Positions 8,061 to 15,784 of a stretch of DNA of 20,000 nt are shown here, one piece after another (position 1 is the first letter of the stretch; each line of letters begins with the position of its first letter). This DNA comes from an uncultured virus (IMG/VR IMGVR_UViG_3300021958_000055). Its lineage: Duplodnaviria > Heunggongvirae > Uroviricota > Caudoviricetes. Position numbers and translations under genes: made by a program. Under the pieces are notes generated by a model. That model saw only the letters and a program-made list of their open reading frames with translations. It was not told the origin of the DNA and made no database searches. The stretch is taken from IMG/VR virus record IMGVR_UViG_3300021958_000055; one strand, 5' to 3'.

Positions 8061-8073
8061 TAAAAGGAGTAAT

Positions 8074-8400
8074 ATGGCACAAAACTTTAGACGATACACA
8101 AGCAATGATGTAGGAGCATCAGCTGCAACATTATTCACAGCAAACAGTTATGATACTGTTGTTGGAATATCTGTAGCAAATGTAACAGCATCAGCAGTGA
8201 ACGCATCTGTTTACATTAATGATGCATCAAATGATATTTATCTTATCAAAGATGCACCTATACCTGCTGGTTCAGCTTTACAAGTATTAGATGGTGGAGC
8301 TAAATTTGTAGTTCAATCAGGTGATGCTTTAAAAGTTGTTTCTGATACAGCATCTTCATTAGATGTTTGGGTATCAACAGTAGACGATATTAGTTCATAA
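8074..8400 (+). CDS. Small beta-sandwich tail-fibre-associated protein
   Basis: 108 aa with RBS AAGGAG. Shares N-terminal MA.., ..(V/I)(A/T)N and V(V/L)..GDALK motifs with 12282..12623. Confidence 0.65.
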   Translation: MAQNFRRYTSNDVGASAATLFTANSYDTVVGISVANVTASAVNASVYINDASNDIYLIKDAPIPAGSALQVLDGGAKFVVQSGDALKVVSDTASSLDVWVSTVDDISS

Positions 8401-8412
8401 GGAGAATAACAA

Positions 8413-9144
8413 ATGGGATATGTAGGTAAAAAACCAACAGCAGCACCTTTAACTTCAAGTGATGTTACAGATGGAATTATATCTAATGCAAAATTAGCAC
8501 AAGATATTATTTCTGCTGAAACTGCTTTAACTTCTGAACCAGCTGATACAGATGAGTTTATTTTATCTGATGCTGGAACTTTAAAAAGAATTGATTACAG
8601 TTTAATTAAAGGTGGTGGAGGATTAGTTCCTTTATCACACACAACTATTTCAAGTTCTACAGCCAGTGCTGCATTTACTTCAGGCATTGATAGCACTTAT
8701 GATGCTTATAAATTTGTTCTTTCAGGTGTAAGACCTGTAACAGATGACGTAGATTTTCATTTATTATTTTCGGTTGATGGTGGATCAAGTTATCTTAGTA
8801 GTAGTTATAAGTATTCAGTAACATCAAGAGATTCAGGTACAAATGTAGAAGATGGAAGCAGTGATACTGCTAGTTTTATATTACTTACAGGTGATGATGT
8901 TGGAAGTGAATCTGATGAAAGTTTTAATGCAGAAATGGTTTTATATCATCCATCAAATACTACTTTTCATAAGCAAATAGCTTTTCAAGGTGTTTATTAC
9001 GATCATGCTGCTTTACCTAATTACTTTTTAGGAATGGGAGCAAATTCAGGTTCTGTTGCGGCAGTAAATGGTATTAAATTTCAATTTGCTAGTGGCAATA
9101 TAGCAGAAGGTAGTTTTACAATGTACGGAATAGCAAAAGCATAG
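8413..9144 (+). CDS. Putative tail fibre tip / receptor-binding protein, paralogue 1
   Basis: MGYVGKKP N-terminus, DTDEF..SDAG.LKRIDYSLIKGGG anchor, then a ~170-aa domain (FTSGIDSTY..Y.F, S.DGGSSY, SGNI..G...MYG). Confidence 0.7.
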   Translation: MGYVGKKPTAAPLTSSDVTDGIISNAKLAQDIISAETALTSEPADTDEFILSDAGTLKRIDYSLIKGGGGLVPLSHTTISSSTASAAFTSGIDSTYDAYKFVLSGVRPVTDDVDFHLLFSVDGGSSYLSSSYKYSVTSRDSGTNVEDGSSDTASFILLTGDDVGSESDESFNAEMVLYHPSNTTFHKQIAFQGVYYDHAALPNYFLGMGANSGSVAAVNGIKFQFASGNIAEGSFTMYGIAKA

Positions 9145-9154
9145 GAGATAAATT

Positions 9155-10135
9155 ATGGCATATATAGGTAGAGAACCAACAATAGGAAACTTTCAAGTCT
9201 GCGATGCTATTAGTGTAGTTAATGGTCAAGCTGCATATACGATGCAAGTATCATCTGTAAATGTAGTACCTGAAACAGCTAACCACATGATCGTATCTTT
9301 AAATGGTGTTATTCAAGCACCTGGTAGTTCTTATACTGTATCAGGTTCAACGATTACATTTGCATCGAACCTTGTAACAGGTGATGTTATAGACTTTATT
9401 CATATACTAGGATCAGTTCTTGATCTTGGTGTACCAAGCGATGACACAGTAACAGCAGCTAAAATATCTTCTAATGCTGTGACAGGTGCTAAATTAAATA
9501 CAGATGTTATATCAGCTCAAACTGCTTTGGCTACTGCACCTGATGATACTGATGAGTTTTTAGTTAGTGATGCTGGGGTTTTAAAAAGAATTGACTATTC
9601 ACTTATTAAAGGTGGTGGACAATGGGAATTTATTTCTGAACTAACAGGTTCTTCATCAACTTCGACACTAGATTTTACAACCTTATCTACTGACTATAAA
9701 GATTTTTGTTTTTCAATGCAAAATCTGCATCCTGAAAGTGATAATGTAAGAGTATATATGAGAGTATTTACTGGTACTGGTGGATCACAGGCAATTGATA
9801 GTGGTGGTAATTACGGATATGCTGGAATAGTAAGATTTGATAGCACAACCACAGGTAATGGTGAATCACAAAATCAAATATATATTACTGACCTAGTAGG
9901 AAATGCCGATACGGAAAATGCTGCAGGAGAAGTTTTTTTATACAATCCACATGAAACAACATTTCATAAACTTATAAAATCACATTCTGTTACTATGAGA
10001 AATGATAGTGTTGTTGGTATTGGTAATTACGCTGGTAAATATAATAGTACTGTAGCAGTTACTGGTGTTAGATTTTATTTTTCTGCTGGTGAAATAAGTG
10101 GCAAAATAGCAATGTACGGCAGAAAACGATCATAG
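9155..10135 (+). CDS. Putative tail fibre tip / receptor-binding protein, paralogue 2
   Basis: MAYIGREP N-terminus, an extra V.LNGV.Q.P...YTVSG.TITF module, the same anchor as paralogue 1 and a divergent copy of the C-terminal domain. Confidence 0.7.
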   Translation: MAYIGREPTIGNFQVCDAISVVNGQAAYTMQVSSVNVVPETANHMIVSLNGVIQAPGSSYTVSGSTITFASNLVTGDVIDFIHILGSVLDLGVPSDDTVTAAKISSNAVTGAKLNTDVISAQTALATAPDDTDEFLVSDAGVLKRIDYSLIKGGGQWEFISELTGSSSTSTLDFTTLSTDYKDFCFSMQNLHPESDNVRVYMRVFTGTGGSQAIDSGGNYGYAGIVRFDSTTTGNGESQNQIYITDLVGNADTENAAGEVFLYNPHETTFHKLIKSHSVTMRNDSVVGIGNYAGKYNSTVAVTGVRFYFSAGEISGKIAMYGRKRS

Positions 10136-10144
10136 GAGTAATCA

Positions 10145-10744
10145 ATGGCTCTTAACTTTGCTAACAACAATTCCTTATCAGCAATCACAGCAATACCAGC
10201 TAGTATTAGTGGTGGTGGATTAAATTTAATATCTACACAGACAGCTAGTAGTAGTGCTAATTTATCTTTTACAAGTGGAATAAACAGTACGTACAAGGAA
10301 TATATTTTTAAGTTTTATAATATTCACCCATCAGCAACTTCTAATTTAACTTTTCAAGGTAGCACAAATAATGGCAGTTCTTATGGAGTTACTATTACCT
10401 CATCATTCTTTCAAGCTGAACATTCTGAAGCTGGAACAAATCCAGCATTAGGTTATCAAACATCAAGCGATTTAGCACAATCAACTGCATTTCAAAGAAT
10501 ATTTAGTAGTGTAAGCACAAATGCTGATGATAGCGGAAGTGGAACTTTACACTTGTTTGAACCATCAAGCGACACATTTGTGAAGCATTTTATATCAACA
10601 TCAAGCAATGTTGCTAGTGCTTATGAACAAAATTCATATATGGCAGGATATTTTAATTCTACGTCTGCAATAAATGCCATTCAATTTAAAATGTCATCAG
10701 GCAATATAGATTCAGGAGTTATAAAATTATATGGCGTTAGTTAA
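10145..10744 (+). CDS. Putative receptor-binding protein, paralogue 3
   Basis: MAL..ANNNSLSAIT leader plus the shared domain (TASSSA..SFTSGI.STYKEY.F.F.N.HP, LFEPSSDTFVKHF, MSSGNIDSG.IKLYG). Confidence 0.7.
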   Translation: MALNFANNNSLSAITAIPASISGGGLNLISTQTASSSANLSFTSGINSTYKEYIFKFYNIHPSATSNLTFQGSTNNGSSYGVTITSSFFQAEHSEAGTNPALGYQTSSDLAQSTAFQRIFSSVSTNADDSGSGTLHLFEPSSDTFVKHFISTSSNVASAYEQNSYMAGYFNSTSAINAIQFKMSSGNIDSGVIKLYGVS

Positions 10745-11345
10745 ATACAATAACAATTCTATAAGTGCTATTACTGAAACAGGTTTAGCAACAGGTTCAT
10801 TAGTTTTAATTAAAACTCAAACTGCATCAGGTGATACTGCTGTTGATTTTACTCATGGAACAAATGACGTAGTATTTGATGGAACATATAACACTTATGT
10901 TTTTAAATTTATTAATATTCATCCATCTACTGAAAACATTGGTTTCAGTTATAATTTTAGTACAGATGGTCAAGCAACTGCAGCTGTTAAAACAACTGTT
11001 GCTTGGAGATCATTTCATAATGAAAGTGGAAGTGGTGGAGTATTAGATTATCAATCTGCTAAAGATGTAGCAAATGCGGCTGGAGATCAACCTATTACTT
11101 GGGATATGGAAAGTGATGATGATGCTTCTGTTTCAGGTGAACTTTTTGTTTTTTCACCTGCTTCAACTACGTTTGTTAAACATTTTATGCATCAATCAAA
11201 TGGTATACATTCAAACCCAGCTTGTTTTACAAATTTTTCTGCTGGATATGTTAATGTTACGGCAGCAGTTAATTCTGTTAGATTTTTAACAACATCAAAT
11301 ACATTTGATGGAACAATTAAACTATATGGATTAAAAGAAAGTTAA
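10731..11345 (+). CDS. Putative receptor-binding protein, paralogue 4
   Basis: MALVKYNNNSISAIT leader plus the shared domain (F.FINIHPS, FSP.STTFVKHF, DGTIKLYG). 14-nt overlap with paralogue 3. Confidence 0.7.
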   Translation: MALVKYNNNSISAITETGLATGSLVLIKTQTASGDTAVDFTHGTNDVVFDGTYNTYVFKFINIHPSTENIGFSYNFSTDGQATAAVKTTVAWRSFHNESGSGGVLDYQSAKDVANAAGDQPITWDMESDDDASVSGELFVFSPASTTFVKHFMHQSNGIHSNPACFTNFSAGYVNVTAAVNSVRFLTTSNTFDGTIKLYGLKES

Positions 11346-11346
11346 G

Positions 11347-11952
11347 ATGGCAATAGTTAAATTAAATAACAGAGCAGTAAAAGATGCAACAGCTTTTGGT
11401 AGCATAACAGGATTAGGTAATTTAGTTTTTATATCTAAACAAACTGCCAGTTCATCTGCTAGTGTTAGCTTCACATCAGGTATTGATAGCACTTACAAAG
11501 AATACATATTTTTTTTTTATAATATGCACCCAGCTACTGATGGAGCAAACGTAACTTTTAATTTATCAACCGATGGTGGTTCTAATTATAATGTTACAAA
11601 GACTACTACATCTTTTAATGCTTATCATGGAGAAAGTGGTTCTCCAGCAGGTTTAGGTTATGATACAGGTGATGATCTTGCACAAAGCACAAATTATCAA
11701 ACAATAGCTACAGCGATAGGAAGTGATGATGACCAAAATACCTCAGGTTATCTTCACCTTTTTGATCCATCAAACGACACATTTGTAAAACATTTTATAG
11801 CAAAATCAAATGTAAGTAATTTAAATGATAGAAGTGTTAATTGTTTAACTGCTGGCTACGGAAATACTACGTCAGCAATTAATGCAGTAGATTTCAAGAT
11901 GTCGTCAGGCAATATAGATGCTGGCGAAATAACACTTTTCGGAGTAGCTTAA
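11347..11952 (+). CDS. Putative receptor-binding protein, paralogue 5
   Basis: MAIVKLNNR leader plus the shared domain (FTSGIDSTYKEY, STDGGSNY, LFDPSNDTFVKHF, MSSGNIDAG.ITLFG). Confidence 0.7.
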   Translation: MAIVKLNNRAVKDATAFGSITGLGNLVFISKQTASSSASVSFTSGIDSTYKEYIFFFYNMHPATDGANVTFNLSTDGGSNYNVTKTTTSFNAYHGESGSPAGLGYDTGDDLAQSTNYQTIATAIGSDDDQNTSGYLHLFDPSNDTFVKHFIAKSNVSNLNDRSVNCLTAGYGNTTSAINAVDFKMSSGNIDAGEITLFGVA

Positions 11953-11985
11953 TTATGATAATAACAAACCAACAAGGAGAACAAT

Positions 11986-12282
11986 ATGCCTAGATATAAA
12001 ATGGTAAATGGTGAACGTATTCAGTTCACAGCAGAAGAAGAAGCAGCTAGAGATGCTGAAGAAGCAGCTTGGGCTGATGGTGCTAAAGATAGATCAATGG
12101 TTAATCTAAGAGCAAAAAGAAATAATTTGCTTAAAGAAACAGATCACTATGGTTTATCTGATGTAACTATGTCTGCTGATATGGCAACATACAGACAAAA
12201 TCTTAGAGATTTGCCTGGTACTGTTACTGATGAAAATACTGCTGCTGAAGTTGATGCTATCACATTTCCAACAAAACCATAA
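11986..12282 (+). CDS. Phage tail (fibre) assembly chaperone-like protein
   Basis: LR.KRN.LL.ETD....SD.......YRQ.LRDLP......FP.KP signature of Phage_tail_APC-type chaperones. Strong RBS; follows the fibre genes. Confidence 0.8.
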   Translation: MPRYKMVNGERIQFTAEEEAARDAEEAAWADGAKDRSMVNLRAKRNNLLKETDHYGLSDVTMSADMATYRQNLRDLPGTVTDENTAAEVDAITFPTKP

Positions 12283-12623
12283 TGGCTAATATATACAAAA
12301 ATGCAATGTTTGATCTTACAACGACAGACAAAACAACTGTATATACTTGTCCTACAAATAGAACTGCATTAATTAAATCTATACAGATTACCAATATACA
12401 TAGTGGTACTGTTGAAGTAGAAGCATTTACAACAGACGCATCTGATTCTGGTGCAGAGTATGAAGTAGCTCACATATCATTAGGATCAAAAACAGTAGAG
12501 AATTTAGTTAAAGGAACAATGGTTTTAGAAGCTGGTGATGCCTTGAAGTTAGAAGCTGCATCTGCTAATCATATAGCTGGTATTGTTAGCTATTTAGAAA
12601 TTTTTGACGAAAAAAGTCCTTAA
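12282..12623 (+). CDS. Small beta-sandwich tail-associated protein (paralogue of 8074..8400)
   Basis: TAATG coupling. Motifs MANIYKN, VYTCP...TALIKSIQITN and MVLEAGDALK. Confidence 0.65.
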   Translation: MANIYKNAMFDLTTTDKTTVYTCPTNRTALIKSIQITNIHSGTVEVEAFTTDASDSGAEYEVAHISLGSKTVENLVKGTMVLEAGDALKLEAASANHIAGIVSYLEIFDEKSP

Positions 12624-12647
12624 CAAAGATAAGATATTAGTGTATTT

Positions 12648-13091
12648 ATGGAATTAGTTAGAATACCTGTCAAAGAACTTGATAAGGTTTGGGCAATCGT
12701 AGAAAAAGATATTAAAAATGCTCTAGCTTATTCAAGTCAACTTACTAGCTCAGATTTTGTTTTAAATAAAACCAAAGAAGGAAAGTTTCAAATTTGGGTT
12801 TTATGGGATAAAACAAAACCTACATCAGTAGAAAAATATTTTGGTGTAGTCGTAACTGAGATTATAAAAAGACAGTTAGGAAAAGTTTGCCACATATATA
12901 TTATGACCGGTAAACAAAGACACAAATGGCAACATTTAGTCAAAGACATTGAGCAGTTTGCAAAAGACGAAGAATGTCAAATGATGGAATTAATTGCTAG
13001 ACCAGGTTGGAAAAAAGTTTTAAACAATTTTGGTTATAATATGACTCATGTTGTATTAGAAAAAAAAATTAAACAAGAGGAGAAAAAATGA
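12648..13091 (+). CDS. GNAT-fold-like protein preceding the ejection genes (positional analogue of P22 gp14 / T7 gp13)
   Basis: GVVVTEI.......CHI....G.....W......IE.FAK...C..MELIARPGWKKVL...GY pattern. Located directly before the internal virion genes. Confidence 0.65.
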   Translation: MELVRIPVKELDKVWAIVEKDIKNALAYSSQLTSSDFVLNKTKEGKFQIWVLWDKTKPTSVEKYFGVVVTEIIKRQLGKVCHIYIMTGKQRHKWQHLVKDIEQFAKDEECQMMELIARPGWKKVLNNFGYNMTHVVLEKKIKQEEKK

Positions 13092-13795
13092 GTTTTGGAG
13101 GAGGATCATCAGGAGGTGGTCAAACAACTACACAATCAGTTCAACCTTACGCAGCAGCACAACCAGCATTAAATCAAATTATTTCAGAAGCAGGTCAACT
13201 TTATGCTCAAGGTCCACAAGCAGCAGGTTATGTTGCACCTACAACTCAAACTTTAACAGGTCTTGCACAACAAGAACAATTAGGAACAGCAGCACAACAA
13301 CAATTAGCTGCAACTCTTGGCGGACAATATTTAAATCCTTTTCTTTCACCTTTAATACAAAAATCTGCTGGAGATATTTATACTAATGTAGCTCAACAAT
13401 TTAGTGGAGCAGGTAGAACACCTACATCACCATTAGCACAACAACAAGTAACTTCTCAAGTTGCTCAAGCTGCTTTACCTTTAGCTTTTCAACAATACGA
13501 TGCTGAAAGAGCTAGACAATTAGGTATTGCAACAAGAGCTCCTTCATTATTACAAACAGGTCAACAATTAGAACAAATACAAAGACAACAAAACTTAGCA
13601 CCAGCTCAAGCCTTACAACAATATGCTGGTTTAGTTTCACCTATTGCATCAGGCTTTCCTGTAACAGCAGGTCAAGTAGATACAAGAGCAAACCCATTAA
13701 CAACTGCAGCAGGTGGAGCATTAATAGGTTCTGCTATTCCTGGTGTAGGACCATTAATAGGTGCTGGAGCAGGATTATTAGGAGGATTACTTTAA
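13088..13795 (+). CDS. Small ejection / DNA pilot protein
   Basis: MSFGGGSSGG..TTTQ..PY start, Gln/Ala-rich body, NP(F/Y)L and F..AGR motifs, and a C-terminal glycine zipper (GGALIG...GAGAGLLGGLL). Confidence 0.7.
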   Translation: MSFGGGSSGGGQTTTQSVQPYAAAQPALNQIISEAGQLYAQGPQAAGYVAPTTQTLTGLAQQEQLGTAAQQQLAATLGGQYLNPFLSPLIQKSAGDIYTNVAQQFSGAGRTPTSPLAQQQVTSQVAQAALPLAFQQYDAERARQLGIATRAPSLLQTGQQLEQIQRQQNLAPAQALQQYAGLVSPIASGFPVTAGQVDTRANPLTTAAGGALIGSAIPGVGPLIGAGAGLLGGLL

Positions 13796-13914
13796 TGGAT
13801 AAAATAAGAAAGATCATGTATGACTTTGACATTAAGATACAAAAAAATCCTAGCAAAGCCTTAATAGGAATGTTTATAGCTTTTTGTTTAGTTATTATAA
13901 TTTTTGGAGGTTAA
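13795..13914 (+). CDS. Unannotated 39-aa single-pass membrane peptide MDKIRKIMYDFDIKIQKNPSKALIGMFIAFCLVIIIFGG
   Basis: TAATG coupling, preceded by GGAGGA. Fills the gap exactly and stops just before ATG 13916. Hydrophobic C-terminal stretch. Confidence 0.7.
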   Translation: MDKIRKIMYDFDIKIQKNPSKALIGMFIAFCLVIIIFGG

Positions 13915-13915
13915 T

Positions 13916-14806
13916 ATGAGTTCAGGTTCAGGATCTGATTCTGGAAGTTCAGGCGAAGTAACAGCAGATTACTATGGTCCAGATTCTTCATTAGTAGATG
14001 AAGTTGCTTTAACTGGTGGTTCAACTTATTCAACAGGTTTTGAAGGATCACCTGAATTAGGTGGTCAAGGAACTAGAACTGAAACAACGTATGGAGGTGG
14101 TGATGATAATTTTAGTAATGGTGACGATATTGATGCTACTTACACAACAGGAACAGAGTTTAATGTAACACCAACTCAAGAACAAACATTTGGTGATAAA
14201 GTTACAGATTATATTACAAGTGGTGGTTTAATAGGTGCAGGTATTAGAACTGTATCAGATATTTTTGGAACACCTGAAAATCAATATGCTGGTATTACCG
14301 GTGAAGATGGATATGGAGAGGGTGATTATGTTTCTACCCTTGACGACTTTGCAGAATCAAGAGGTTTAGGAACATCTTATGCTGATTTAGATTTAGAGGG
14401 TCAAGCATTTATAGATCAAGAAGCATTTAATGCAGGTTACAGATCACCAGCTTTTCAAGACTTATATCAATCAGGAGATACTCAAAACATACAAAATTTA
14501 AATCAACCTGAGTCTGACTTAGTGAAACAACTTATCCCCCAAGCACCTTTTGCTATAAGTGGTGGTCAAGCACCTAAATCTATGGTAAACGATTATTTTG
14601 CTAATATAGGTAATCAATCAGGGCTTTCATCTCAGTTAGAAAGCGACTATAATGCTGCAAAAGCTAATGTAGCACAAACTATGGCTATTACCCCTTTAGC
14701 ACAACAGTTTGGCTACTCTACGCAGCCGTATGGAGCTTTAACGGCACAAAATTTAGGTACGAACCCTTTTAACATTCCGTATCTACAAACAAGAGGATTA
14801 ATATAA
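13916..14806 (+). CDS. Acidic Gly/Ser/Asp-rich putative internal virion protein (ATG 13916 preferred over 13904)
   Basis: GGAGG RBS just upstream of ATG 13916. Low-complexity acidic N-terminal half. Lies within the ejection module. Confidence 0.6.
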   Translation: MSSGSGSDSGSSGEVTADYYGPDSSLVDEVALTGGSTYSTGFEGSPELGGQGTRTETTYGGGDDNFSNGDDIDATYTTGTEFNVTPTQEQTFGDKVTDYITSGGLIGAGIRTVSDIFGTPENQYAGITGEDGYGEGDYVSTLDDFAESRGLGTSYADLDLEGQAFIDQEAFNAGYRSPAFQDLYQSGDTQNIQNLNQPESDLVKQLIPQAPFAISGGQAPKSMVNDYFANIGNQSGLSSQLESDYNAAKANVAQTMAITPLAQQFGYSTQPYGALTAQNLGTNPFNIPYLQTRGLI

Positions 14807-15783
14807 TGGCAATAGAAGATAATAGATTTAGAAAAATGTTGATGATGGACTACGCAACCAAACAACAACAAAAAGGATTGTTAGATCAACCTCAAGTTGG
14901 AGGAGGTTTATTAAATAATTTAGGAAATATAAATCCTAATATTTTAATTGGTGCAAGTATTGCTGGTCAAGGATTAAAAGGTCAAGATCCTTTTAGTTCT
15001 TTAATACCTGCTGTAACTCAAACTGCACAAATACAACAATTACTAAGACCTAAAAGTAGAGGAACTAAATCTGTATATAATCAAAAAACAGGTAAAACAG
15101 AATTTGCAACTGAACAAGATATTGCACAAAACCCTAATTTAGTACCTGTACCTACAGGCACAGTAACAAGATTTAATACTGAAACTGGTCAAGTAGAAAT
15201 TTTACCAGCAGGTTTAGCAGGACAACAAATTAAAGATCAAACAAAAGCAAAGGGTTTAGAAACTCAATACAATATTTTAACAGAATTTATTGGCGATATG
15301 AAAACAAGATTACCTAAAACAAAAACAGGAGTTGTTGGTGTAGGTTACGCTGTAGCTGAAGGTTTTGCAGATCAAACTTCACAATTAGCTGAAAGTTTAG
15401 GTGTTAAAAATACATTAATTATAGAAGATACAGAAGCTATTGATAAATATTTAAAATCAAAAGGTTTTACAGAAGGTGCAAAAAATTATGCAACAATGAA
15501 ATCTTCAGTAACTAATTTAGGATATGCTTTAGCTAAAATTGCTGAACCTAATAATCCAAGATTATCTGAAGGGGATATTATAAGACAATTAAATAGAATA
15601 AATTTTGGTGGTTCAAGAGAAGTATTTTCTTCATCTTTAGATCAAATTTTAAAAGAAGAAGGTATAAGAGCTAAAGCAGAAATAAAATCATTAGGTGGAG
15701 ATATTTCAATTTTTGAACCTAAAAAGAAAAAGAAAAAAGAAGAAGGTAAACCAGAAGGTTACGATCCTTTAGGTATTTTATAA
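14806..15783 (+). CDS. Putative ejection / internal virion protein
   Basis: GLL-repeat, Gln-rich N-terminus, A....P..RLS.GD motif and C-terminal DPLGIL, typical of mid-size podovirus ejection proteins. Confidence 0.65.
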   Translation: MAIEDNRFRKMLMMDYATKQQQKGLLDQPQVGGGLLNNLGNINPNILIGASIAGQGLKGQDPFSSLIPAVTQTAQIQQLLRPKSRGTKSVYNQKTGKTEFATEQDIAQNPNLVPVPTGTVTRFNTETGQVEILPAGLAGQQIKDQTKAKGLETQYNILTEFIGDMKTRLPKTKTGVVGVGYAVAEGFADQTSQLAESLGVKNTLIIEDTEAIDKYLKSKGFTEGAKNYATMKSSVTNLGYALAKIAEPNNPRLSEGDIIRQLNRINFGGSREVFSSSLDQILKEEGIRAKAEIKSLGGDISIFEPKKKKKKEEGKPEGYDPLGIL

Positions 15784-15784
15784 T

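Noticed and set aside
10075..10296. 73-aa minus-strand ORF
   Set aside because: Antisense to two well-supported paralogous genes, with no independent support.
11074..11289. 71-aa nested ORF in paralogue 4
   Set aside because: Off-frame L/M-rich translation with no RBS or recognisable motif.
8413..11952. Diversity-generating retroelement or invertible shufflon behind the paralogue array
   Set aside because: No reverse transcriptase or recombinase in the window, no near-identical repeat pair differing only at adenines, and all cassettes are in the same orientation with their own starts.
12604..12635. Sigma70-like promoter (TTGACG ... TAAGAT) upstream of the GNAT-like gene
   Set aside because: The 20-nt spacing is too long, and such hexamers are frequent in AT-rich DNA.
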